NCBI GenBank assembly: GCA_013115145.1
Contig: JAAPAO010000100.1
Coordinates: forward strand, 1 to 64,000
From: Perkinsus chesapeaki ATCC PRA-425
Lineage: Eukaryota; Protista; Perkinsozoa
DNA: 64,000 nucleotides
Direction of reading: 5' to 3'
Position numbers and translations under genes: made by a program. This document shows positions 35,525 through 47,410 of the stretch, one piece after another (position 1 is the first letter of the stretch; every line of letters starts with the position of its first letter). The notes under the pieces were generated by a model. It was not told where the DNA came from and did no database searches. It was given only the letters and a program-made list of their open reading frames with translations.

Positions 35525-38500
35525 CTAGCGTACTTTTAGGCAGTACTTGTCGGATACAGCTTTCAGTTGTGTAGGATCGTTAATATCCACCACTGTAGCA
35601 TTGAAGAAGTCGAACATCGGCATATCTCGGTTCGCACCGAAAGCTCCCCCAACGCTTGTTCGATAGGAAATGGCGGGGAGAAGCCCCTCGGCATGCGCTA
35701 CCACTGGAGTCGGCATCCCTAAACGATATTTCGGAAATTATATTTAACCCTCTCGTGGCTACCTACTGTGCGGCACAGCTCTACGCCATAGCCGCAGGGC
35801 ACCGTTGACTTCCCTGAGTTCACTTTGAACTTCGCCTCTCCATTAGCGTTTGGTGTACCGTCGAGAGTGATGTTACGAACACTCTCAGGGTACCTGCCGG
35901 AGGCCGTGTCTCGGTGATTGAACAGATTGCTCACATTTTATCTAGTTCGGTGAGATAGTGAAAATGTGTGGATAACAAGACTCTACAGTTGGGAACTCCG
36001 AGGAGAAATTCACAAGTAGCCCAAGAGATGGCCACGCCTAACAAATGCATCACGCAGGGCAGGAGGAACGACGTGTGGTCACCTCCGTCATGAGAGGTGC
36101 CCCTGCCAAGCTCATCCAAAAGGACGAGAGCGTTTGATGAGCTTGCTCCTGCATTCTCAAGCACATCGGACAACTCTGTCATCTCACTGCTGAAGCTCGA
36201 TTGTCCTGTTGTTAAAGATACGTGGTCTGACCATAGCAAAGTCTGATAAGACATCAAGGCTCCCAGACCTTCGCTATCATCGATTCCTCCGCTGCGTAAG
36301 AACAACATTTCGACTACTTGCAGCTTGGCTCGGCTTGCTGGAATGAGACATCCTACCTGAAGCGCAGCCTGGAAGGGAGAGTCCTCCCGAGCGAGAAGCT
36401 CGCATACTTGGGCTAGAACTATGTTGATAGCGAGGGTTGTAAGATAGGTAGATTTGCCCGCGCCGTTAGAGGCAGTGATGACCTGGAGGCGGCCGGAATC
36501 CTCGGCTAGCTTGTAATCATACGGAACAAACTGAAAGGATGGCGGAGCGTCCTTTTTCCCCTTCTGTCGTACCTCTTTTCGCTGAGAGCCAGAGCTTCCT
36601 CCCCCACTAACCGCAGCCATGGCGAAGTTATGGTTATATAAGGCGTACCTGCGGGTCACAGCAGATAGGAGTTAGCGAAACACAGCGCACTCTATAAGAG
36701 GATGTCGCGCTCCTTCGATTTCTATGGGCTGCTTCAAGCCGCTGTCAGCAGTTAGGACCGTGGGCACACAAGCTGTACCGCGCGGGATATGAGAAGCCGA
36801 TGGTGGCGCATACCTACCATTAACTTGAGATGACTGCAAATGTCGAACCCACCCTCCACAGTAGATGCTGGTAAAATTGGCAAAGGAACACATCATATCG
36901 AGGTGATTCACCAAGTGGATGCACGTGTAAAGGTATCCTATTTCTGCTCTAACTTTATCGAGAACCATCAGCTCGAGCACCTGGATAGGAACGAGAATAT
37001 GCAGTTCCTTGTGTATAGCAGTTGGATACCTCTCGGAATCGAGTGAGCAGGGCCGCCTCGATTTCCTTCAGGAGAGTGTTAACTCTGGTAAATAGAGAGC
37101 TTGTGGCGGAGCATCTATCAGTGATGGATGATATCCGTCTGTCTTCTCCAGTGTCCCCCACCTTGTCTTGTTATCCTTCACTTGAGTTAATGCCCCACAG
37201 TCATCCATTGTAGAGCTACCATTAGACCCAACATCACTGCCACGACCAGCGTCCGTGGCTGAGGAGTTGCTCTGGCCAACCCTCGATAGGGTCAATCCTC
37301 TACAGGCTTGTATTACAGCGTTCCTAATGTGGATAGAGGAAGTGACACCAGGAGCCTACCAAACCACAGTTTACTTATTCTTTTTTGGAAAGCTAATGTG
37401 ATAGCCTTTTTTCTCACTGAATTCCAGACGCACCGCTCCTTCAGGCATACCAACTTTATTCGAGACAACTTCCTGGTAGCTCCTTGCAATATGTTCAACC
37501 TTCACCGTGAGGATTTCGTTATTCTCAGCTACAAGCAGTGTCGAATACCTCCTCCATTCGTTCCCGCCAGGTTGTTCTTGTGATGTCCAGGACAGGGTCA
37601 ACACCACCTCGTATAACTCCAGCAATCTGTGCAACAGCATTGAAGACCCCTCGACTAGCGAGAACTCGGCGTGTTTTAGCTGGCTTTGCCAGAGAGCCTG
37701 TAATTGGTAAATGTGCCGTTTGTTGAGAGAACTAATGTACCATTCCATCCTAACATTTGCTCCACCGCATCTACATCCACAACGGTGTCTATCACCTAGA
37801 AATGTTCGCAAGAAAATAGTTCCGCGTACCACAGTGTACCTCGCATATGCGACCTCGAGCATCGTCGTGCAATGCATATAATGCTTGGTGCAAAGCCATG
37901 AGTTCTGGAGGCTCTTCCGCATCCCCAGAGGCATTCGAACCGGATGTACTAGAATCTAAGAGAACACTCGAAGATCTTCGATCTGGTAACATCCGACCAC
38001 ATATAGGTGTACTACTTGGAGACTTACTGATGTTAGCCGTAAGCTTCTCGGTCGCTCTGTCGATAAGCTTTTCCATCTTGTCGATGAGCTCCATGCACTG
38101 GCGGATGTAAATTGTATTGCGGATGGCAGCTTTTGACCACTCGTCCGTCTTCCTAAACCCCGCGCTTTGATTTAGGCTCTCAGTCAAATACAGTATATGG
38201 GTAATGTAGGATACCTTGCTGGGTCGGTGGCCAAACGGGTCGCAGCTATTTCTAATTCGGATACCGAGGGCAGCACTTGTTGTGTTAGTCCAAAAAATAA
38301 CTCTTCATCTTGAAGTAATATCTTGACCAAACCCTGAGGTTTGGAATACAGTCGCGTCAGAGCACCGTTACGAGTACAAGTAAGAGGCAAAGACGGATGA
38401 AAATCCAGTCATATACAATTTATGTGGCACTGTATTAGGAGGCAAGGTGATTGCGTAGAACAATACGAACGACGTAGCTAGCGTGTGTCTCCAAACGAAT

Positions 38501-40150
38501 GCATGTGCACGCACAAGTCATAACTCATCAGCCAAGTGTGAAAATGTAATAAGTCAAAAGTGCGTTCGACAAGGGAAGGGAGCTAAGACACAGAACACTA
38601 TGTCAGCTATTCCTCAGCTATCAAGCACCTCATGATAAAGATGAAGATAGCAGTTTGTAGATCACCTGACGCTCTCGAATGGCCCCGGCATCGCAGAGAG
38701 GCTGAGTTAGAGATTGTCTGAGAAGTCGTCTTCCTCCCGACGTCGAGCACGAGAAAAGCTGCTGTAAGTAGAGCAGGTTCTCATCACTCCTCCCCTTCGA
38801 GCCAGTTTGAGGGGAGTAATTAGCATATGGGACCACCTGCTCCCAAAAGACAGTGTAACCGAAAAGCAGATCACCAGCAGGGATCACCAGCATCAGCGCT
38901 CTGATAGTATGCGAATCGAGGGAGAGGACACTCTGACTTTCCATGGCTGTGATCATTAAGGAGTCCATCCTTAATCGGTAATCCGTATGGCCGTTGATGA
39001 AGGACACAAGAGCTCCCAGCGAAGCTATTGAAACGTGGTACGAGCTAAAGCAGGACAGTTAGAGAGACGACGTGGGATTCCATCTTGCCTCGGGTCTATT
39101 TTAACGCAGTGGGATACACGTTTGGCCTTCTCCATAATCTCTCGGCCTGATACTTCACAGAACGACCTTCTGGGCACGGTAACAATCTCACCAAACCCCT
39201 CCGTCTCGAGGAACGTCCGAACCTATTCCGGAGGAACAAAGCTACGATGTAGGGAGCGACCGAGGCATCATCACCTGAGCGAGAAGCGAACTGCAGATTT
39301 TGCAAGCTCGATTGTCTCCCGATTTTGCACCATCCTGTTTAGGAACGAGATCATCACACATTAGCACGATGCTTGGTGGGCAGCCTATGAGGGCTTTCTT
39401 CGTAGTGAGGTAGTTTGGGCTATCATGATACTGGTACAGGCAAACTCGAGTAGGAGAGTTCCTGACAAGTAGATTATAGAGTCCATGTAACCAATGAGGC
39501 TTGAAGGATCTAGCAGCTTGCTGCTCACCTCCCACAGATAGCCAAGCCGATCTCTCGTGGTTCGGCAGTTCTATGGAAACCGAAGGAGTCAGCCTCGAAT
39601 ATAGCTATCATGTACGACTCGGCTACGCTATGATCAGTAACGCTCATCGAGGCACTCGTCCTAGTGCCTGCTGGGCATTGAGAAAATACTAACGGTTGAT
39701 GACTTACCACGACTTCTAGTAGGTCTTGATCGCTTGCTGCACTCTGATCGCGGGGGTGCAGGTAACGAAGCGCAAAGGATGCTCCTTCCCTGAGTTCGTT
39801 GTAGTATCAGCAACAAATCTCGTCAGATTCAATACATTATTCTCCATTTTGTCGCTGGTATCGAATGATCCTACAGATTCTGCTCGTAAACCAGAACATT
39901 CGTTCCAGCAAGATGATATGCTAGAGCTTGCAGAGGAAAACGAAGTTCGATTGGACCACATCAGCGATCTGTGATCCGATGGCTTGATAGATAAGACTTG
40001 GAGTTAAAAAGGCTGAAGAGGCACAGCATGACTCAAAATCCCGGGAACTCTTCGTTAATTCTGATAATACGTGTATTCTCCCCTTGAGAATCTGAACTAG
40101 CGCAACTCGAGAGCGGTGTGGCTCGAGAATAACTCCCTCATTGCTGGAAT
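35525..40150 (-). CDS. MSH4: MutS homolog 4 (meiotic), multi-exon; start approximate
   Basis: N-terminal IAIFE..REIGLAIC and LYQYHDSPNYLTT with no mismatch-binding domain I recognised. LSLDSHTIRAL..GRRLLRQSLTQP. ATPase motifs NGAGKSTYL, GCLIPA, SSFSSEM, VLLDELGRGTS, STHFHYL. C-terminal GYGVELCRTVGMPTPVVAHA. Confidence 0.85.
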
Positions 40151-40492
40151 ACATCTCCAATTCTATACTTGTGTTTCACGGCCAGTGTTACGTCAAACAA
40201 AGCTAGTATAGCCCTATGATGGGGCGGAAATCGGCCCGCAGCGAGTAAAGGCGCGGCATGTTCACGTCGGAACGACTCAGCGGGCACCGCCCGCGTATCG
40301 GCCGCTTCTCAGAGGACGCTCACAACCTCATACCGCGGCCATTTCGTTCGTGTTCGTGCTTATTATAAGAGCTTGACTGCTTGGGGCGAAGCATCGGGCC
40401 CCTAACTCGACACGGTTCAGCACATCATGGGATTGAACCAACGCAAATGAGGAAATAGTGTGTAGGTTATCAGGAGCCATGCAACCATTGAG

Positions 40493-41900
40493 TCACATTA
40501 TCAACACCAGGCTGGAATATTCTGCCTGTAGTGTCCCAATTCCACCACAGTCCTGATACCTCCTCCATGATGGCCGTACAGACAGTCTTTGGTATCTTGT
40601 AGGAAGAAGTAGTACAATAGAACGCCGGAAAAATATGGGTGCTTTACTTTTACTAATATCACGTATGGTACTTTGAAGTGAATCATAAGCATGAAGATGC
40701 ACCCAAGCGCGAACTGCTGTAGCCAAGACATGTTCGCAAATCGATGAAGCCCTAGAAGTTGAAGTGCTGCAGCACTCTCTGAATGAACAAAGGTCACATG
40801 GGTGTCTTTGCCGCAGACTGTTCTCGGTTTCCTCTCGAAAATTCTCCATCTCCTCGACACACCTGACCACATATATTCTGGTCCACCGGTTTGAAGACTT
40901 ACTCCTGAACTCTGCGCTGGCTCATCCTATGTTGAATAGTTCGAGCACACTCTTTTGCCTACTTGAATCACTTCAGGCATCTCGGGTACCTCTACAGTAC
41001 CGCCATGTCCACCTCTTCGGTCGTACGGAGTGCCCCAGTCTCTTTTAGATAATCAAACCTTTTGAGTTCCTCGAATACCTTATGAAATACAGCTTAACGA
41101 TGATGAGCTAACGATCAGTGAGCTACAATAGGATCTGTTATATCTAAACCGAACCTTTCCTTCACCTCTTTGCAGACCGAATCATCAACCTTATCAATAT
41201 CGGATAACAGGAATGGCTGAAGTGAGCAAAACAAGAGTCAACATCCGAATCCTTGGTTTGTCGTTTGCTAGCCATGTGAGTGCAATAAAAGGCTGATGAC
41301 ATTATCGCCTCACCTTACTATCCTCTTGTGTCTCGCACGACTGCGTATATTGTTTCTCCTTCCTCCGGAGCTAAAAGCGGTGTCATACGCTCCCTCTCAG
41401 CCTCAGCTGGAATGTGAACCTTCTTGATATATTCATTCATGGACTTGGCATTCTCTATCTCGCCATTATTCTGGTAAATATCCCTTAACACAAAAGAACC
41501 CGATTATAGAACGCTCACTTTAGCCACTTACCTCAGAAGCTGCGCCTCCTTCAAACGGGCTTCAACCGCGGTATGAAGTTCTGATACTTCTGTAACCTTT
41601 ACGTGAAACAGCATCGGAAAATAGAGAAAAAGAACAGTGCAAGGGGTTCTCAATTTCAGCTATGAAAAGTTTTCATTGAAAACGCTTATAACTGCGATCA
41701 TATCAATCATATATATCGTATATGGCAACTCTCAGCGAAAGGTTTTCGGACTATCTCGGTCCAGAGAGAGCAGTTCAAGTATTGCTTACGGTCTCCAGCG
41801 GTACAGAAACACTTTCATTTATTTGTACATCCTCATCTGAAGTAAGAAGGGTTCCCCGGTCTGAAATATCTCGCTCTACCCCATTTCGAGGTCGACAGAA
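40493..41900 (-). CDS. Hypothetical multi-exon coding region, possibly the continuation of the TPR gene
   Basis: Successive short open exons bounded by GT/AG (e.g. VTEVSELHTAVEARLKEAQLL; FEELKRFDYLKETGALRTTEE). Linkage to the TPR gene is unresolved. Confidence 0.4.
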
Positions 41901-41914
41901 CTAGGCTCGGCTCT

Positions 41915-43020
41915 TACTGCACCATCCCGAGTATGTCTTCTTTTCATTTCTTCGTTGATTCAAGCGCTCGGAGCGCAGCTCCCTCAGCAGCGCCGACACC
42001 TCCTGAGAAGAGAGTGGCTCCGATCCAGCCCTTGCAGCCCACTGAGTTATCAGGTTCTATCTCTTGTGCCTTCGACAGGTCCCTGATAGCACTCTCAACC
42101 TCCTCAGCCCCACTTGAGGGTGGTAAGATTAGACACTTTGCTCGTCTGATAGAGCAGTGCTCTAATAACAGTGTACCCCTCGACGACTGCGCCACCTATA
42201 TAGAGCCTTCACGTTGCACTTGTCTAGCTCCAACACAACATCGCATGTCCGGCGGGCCTCAGGGAGCATGTCAGTGCCTACTTCAACTGCACTAGCAGGA
42301 GGTAAGCCACATTTGAACATACCCAGCTTCATCTGGCACATAGCGATGTTGCTGTAGCATTGAACTCTCAGGTCTTTAATCAGTGACTGCTCTTCTTCAC
42401 CTACTCCTACACTCTCACGGGAATCAAAGAAGCTTGTCACTCTCGCCAATATCAGATATAATTTCGATGTAGTCGTCATTCAGACCTTCACTGCGCCAGT
42501 TCGGGTTTAGTATCCGAGCATAGTAGAAGAGGCCAGCAGCCCTGGCGTATCTGAGGTACCCAGTCTAGTGTCTATCGTAGGCCTTAAGAGCTCACTGGTT
42601 CATGGCAAGGTGATAATCTCCTTTCCTGAAGTATTCCGTTCCTTCAGTCTTCATCCTGCATCACACCCACGTCAACTGCCATTTATCCACTATTGGCTCA
42701 CCTTCTGGCCACCATTAACCTTTTCTTATACGGTAGCGCCCGGAGCTCTTCAAAGATTTCTCCCTCGTTTTCAATGATACTATGTATTCTATTATCTGAT
42801 GGTCAGCGCCATTTCATTGTCTTTCACTGCTGACCCGACCTGGTTGCTCTTGCCCCATGAACGCAGTTTGTTGGAGTAGCACCGGCCAGGATTCGAACCT
42901 GTGCTCACTTCCACCCTGCTAGTGCTCGGTTTCTCCTGACCTCTTCCGCCTCGCGCTGGATTGTGCTCCCTTTATTCTGGCGGCTTCGGCCACAATCTTT
43001 CCGAACGAGGTTTCTTCCAT
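41915..43020 (-). CDS. TPR-repeat protein (immunophilin/co-chaperone-type TPR)
   Basis: MKTEGTEYFRKGDYHLAMNQ, CYSNIAMCQMKLG, CDVVLELDKCNVKALYRRAK and AIRDLSKAQEIEPDN. Confidence 0.8.
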
Positions 43021-43260
43021 CTCGAAAGATCTTCATTGAGTACTCGAATTAACACCACACCATGGTTCGCTGACAACAACGTCTGTGGCTCATGGCAAGC
43101 CTTACGATAACACAATTTCAAGGAGGGGAACGGCTTGCTCAAGGGCAAGTCAATCAACAGCAACTACCGACGGAGGAACGAAATTCGTTCCCACAACGTT
43201 CACTTGTATATTGCAGTAAAGTATATGCGGAAAGCGATGAAGGAGGGAAGGAAGACCGAG

Positions 43261-45485
43261 TCATGCCTTTGTGGGTGGTAGAATTAAAGCACCCTTCTCA
43301 TCAGACAGATCTTGCTGGTAATCCAGCCATTGAACTGCACAGGCATCCAGTGACTTATGCTTCACATCAGCTGGTAGGGGTAAGGCGACAACTGAGGAGA
43401 CGGATTCGACGCCAAGCCAAGAGGAAGATGCCTCCTACCTGTACAAACCGCGAAGAGGCTGGCCAGGAGCACTGAGAAGGGCCATGTCCGGATGTGATTC
43501 CCGGGAAGTTGCTCGTGCATCATATCGTCACTAACGCGCCCCAAGGCTTCGAATGCCAGCGGGACCTGGCAGATCACGAGTCACCTAAGGCGGAGTTCTG
43601 CCAGTGTCGTCCTACCACTGCGGCTCCGATCCTGCCCCAACTGACACAGAAACCCGAACCTGTAGTGCGGCAAAACGCAGGGTAAACCTGAAGGAGGCTT
43701 GAACAAGGCGAGCTACTGTGATGGTTTTACGTGAGGAATGTAGATGTAGACTGTACTGAGGAAGGGCTGGCTCAATAGGTTGTAGAGGAAGGCCAGCAGA
43801 AGACCGATGACGGGCGTCGCGAGGTCCAGAGTTATCATGCTGAGACTCTAAAGGACAAAGCATCTCCCAGCGCAGAGAATGGTGAGGGCTCACTAGTAGC
43901 GCCGAGACGAATGCAGAGATGACGATGACCCCTCTTAAGCCAATGGGGAAGTTATCGATGACAACGAGGCAAGACAAGGCATCACCGATGACCCCTGCTA
44001 TGGTAACGAGATATAGCGACAGGGCCGGGCTAGGGCCACCAGCAGCATCCCAACCTGAGGAGATGTAAGACAGGAACATCTCAGACAGGGGTACCTCGCT
44101 CGGCCATCTGGCGAAGGGCGATAGGCAGCATGTACGAGACGCCAACAAAGGCAAAGTTGCCAGTGAAGGTAAGGAAGCATAACGCTGCAGTGACCCAGCC
44201 GGTACCTGGCAAGGACCTTCGACAACAGGGCTACCGTAGAACTCACGGTCAGCAAATATGCCTGATAGTCGGCCACCAAAGGAACGGTTATCCTCGTCTA
44301 TAGGTATGTCAGCAAGCATTATTGCCGTCTGGAAGGAAAATGGTCTTGGCGGAGAAGCGGCGAGCCGACTCACCTCATCGAGACGGGCTAGGTTCTCTGA
44401 AGTACCATTGCCTCTGGCCATGTCCTTCAATAGGGTCACTAGATCATCCATCCGCTGATGACATAACAGGTAGTACGGTGATTCCCGCAGCAGGCAACTG
44501 CAAGAGATGGTAAGACGGCGAGGATTCCAAAGCATTCGGACATGGCAAATGGTAGACATGCTGTGGCCGGTATGATAGAAAGTCCGCTAACCCAGCGCCA
44601 GTTGTTGCCATGTAGCCTCAGGTCGGGCATCAGCCACCAGAGCAATGTCTGAAGGAGGCAGGCAATTCACAGGTATAACAGAAGACAAGGAAACTTACAG
44701 TAACGAGGAGCTGCCCCGCGGAGAACATGCTCAGGATGAACGCCACGACCAGGTTGCGCTTGGTCGAAGGGGTGCACTCTAATAGTAGAGCAAGCGTGCT
44801 GGGGGTCACCACACCTGACAAGGAGAGATGGAGCTGGTAGTAGTAGGAGGTGGGGGTTTACCATAGGCAAGCCCGACAAAGATCCTTGAGATAACCAAAG
44901 TATCGACTGAGTTGGCGAATGCTGATAATACCCCTGCCAGTACCATAACGATGTAACTAAGAGGGGGTATTGACAAGACAATTTAAGGAAGGAGTGGTAC
45001 GATATCAGTATAGCAGGCCTTCTGCCTAGACCGTCGGCCAGTTGACCAGCGATGAGGCTACCTAGCAGTACCCCTACAAAGGGCACGGATACCTGAGCAC
45101 ATACGGCCTGAGACGGCCGAGAATCGGAGGAAATGGCGGACCAAGAAGCCCCTGATCCAATTAGAGAAATGCCACTCTTCTTGAAGTGCCTGGAGGATAC
45201 TCGACATCAGCACTACTTCAGCACCGTCCTGCATTTGCCTGATGTCCGACGATGGCATAACAAAGCCCCGAGGGTATGTAGTGCTCACATTCCGCTAACT
45301 GCTATCATCATCTTCCAGTGGGACCACCCGAACCCGACTTCATCAACCCAATAGTTCAACCGTTGAGGCATCATCACTGACGGGTAGCTTTGATTCGATT
45401 TCCGAGTTGGGTACGAGCCAGTGCCGCCATCGTGGTCCGAGAGGGCAGCAGGCTCGGTGCGGTATAGGTCCCATGAGTCCGCCAT
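43261..45485 (-). CDS. MFS transporter, SV2/organic-cation-like, multi-exon
   Basis: VDEVGFGWSHW, GQLADGLGRRPAIL, LLLECTP, WRWVSGLSIIPA and ESPYYL motifs. Confidence 0.85.
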
Positions 45486-46161
45486 GGTACCAACTATGGA
45501 TGGAAGCTCATGAATTGACAGCGCAACAGTTGAGTTGGTGGATATAGTAGTGCAGAGATAGCAATAGGTTACTGTGGGGTTTATTACCGTAATCACATCT
45601 ACGACATGATTGGTACTAGAGATCGTCTGCTAAGCTTCAATTGAGATGCACACCGAATAGCTTTGGCATACCAAAGCTGCTAATATGTGTAGGTGCTTCT
45701 AAGGGCACCGCTCTACCACTGCGACGAGCCCGATAGAAAGCCAAACCTCGGACATAACAGTGCGCGAGTTTAATCAGTGTGGAATAGCTACAACCCCAAA
45801 GACGCTTGTCACTCTCTCGTGGGCCTTGATAGGTAAATGAGTCTGCGTGTACTGCCGAAAGGCAATCATGCACCGGAAGTGAACGAGACAGCGCAAGCTG
45901 CGCTGGGACCTAAAAAAATGACCATTGGCCCTTGCTAACAAATAGTGTTTGACTGGTGAGTGGCCAATCGAACACTAGTCCGTAGCGAGCTTATCATACA
46001 GTACGAAGCGTTCAACACACTGTGAAGCCACTGCGTGCCGCTCAACTAGAATGTTCATTCATCAGGCCGCAACCCGCGCTCTGATAATCGATCAGAATGG
46101 CGAGCGCTATTAACGTTTGCCGGTCCATCGGCAGAAGCAACAGTCGTCATCCATATCGAAC

Positions 46162-47358
46162 ATGACTACAATGATGACAACTGGCCGGTGGGCTGACGAG
46201 GATCCTATCTCTCCAAGTAACAGAGAGATACCTCAACCATCCGAAACGGACATCGGTAAGGCCTATTCTAAAGCTGCCGCTGCAGTGTATGTTGGATCAG
46301 ATCCTGAAACAGGGCTTAAGACTATTACCGAGTACGAAGAGAGAGATGGTGCTGTTTATAAGATAAACAGGGTTGTTAAAGTCACCACTGTTAGGGTTAC
46401 ATGTAGCAAGGCGGAGGCTGACAGGTAGTCTAGAGAGGGCATCGAACCGACCTCTAAGGTATCTTTATAGGCGAAGACGATGGACGCCTTTTGGCAAGGC
46501 AGTAGAAACCAGCAAAAACAATACATTTGCGAATCGGACTGAGGACGAGATCCTTCTAGAGCCGAGCAAGCTCACTGGTGCCAGCGCCGCCGCCGCCGAA
46601 AACGATGATGGCGATGAGCAAGAGAAGTTCTGGGCAGCCAGTGTGGACCAGGTAGTAGCAGTTTGGGGGATGAGATAGGCCATGGCTGACTGGGGACAGG
46701 TTCTCGGACTTAATAAGAAGAAGGCTAGCGTGTGGACCAAGTTCCGCGGGGATGGGGAGCCGGGCGAGGGTGAAGGAGAGGGAGATAAGGAAGCGATACC
46801 GGTAGGAATAGATTTGGCCAAGTCCACCGCTATACGTGCTAAATACAGCTACGTGTACACGCCCCTGGACGGTACGTTCCGCCGAACCAGCGTGGCATCC
46901 CTGGTGGAGCCAGACCATTTGATCAGCAGAAGGATAGGGATGAGCATACATTACGGTGAGGATGCATGCTTGCCGGTTGCCCAGTGTTACGTGTCGGCTC
47001 AGTGTATCCAATCTCTCTGAGGATGTCGGTGATGGTGATCTCCAACAACTGTTCTCTACTGCGGGTCGCGTACAGAGGATCTATCTTGGTAAGGATTTAT
47101 TGGCTTTATCCTATGTAAGGTCTGATGTGTCAGCTCGTAACCCGGAGACAGGCTTATCCAAGGGATTTGCATTCGTTACCTACTACAATAAGAGGGATGC
47201 CGAGAGAGCTCTTGAGAAGCTCAACGGTCACGGGTAGGGTATAAGCCCCCCTGCTTCGCTTGCATTGCCTGCTTAGTTACGATAATCTCATCCTCAAGCT
47301 CGATTGGGCTAAGCCAGCTCAACCTAAGGGTGACCGCCCTCCTCCTCCTCGCCGTTAG
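46162..47358 (+). CDS. EIF3G: Translation initiation factor 3 subunit g
   Basis: WADE N-terminus, GLKTITEY..RRRWTPFG, and a C-terminal RRM (VSNLSED; GLSKGFAFVTY; LNGHGYDNLILKLDWAKP). Confidence 0.93.
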
Positions 47359-47387
47359 GCAATACGTCCCTCTCTCTGGTGTACGAT

Positions 47388-47408
47388 ACCCTTCTACCAC
47401 CTTGTCAG
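47388..47408 (+). promoter_or_regulatory. Candidate spliced-leader trans-splice acceptor
   Basis: Pyrimidine-rich CCCTTCTACCACCTTGTCAG ends 2 nt before the ATG at 47411, within a 52-bp intergenic gap. Confidence 0.45.
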
Positions 47409-47410
47409 CG

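Noticed and set aside
42873-42927. tRNA T-arm-like CAGGTTCGAATCCTG on the minus strand with a possible acceptor stem
   Set aside because: No D or anticodon arm. The motif straddles a splice acceptor and encodes RFESW in the TPR gene.
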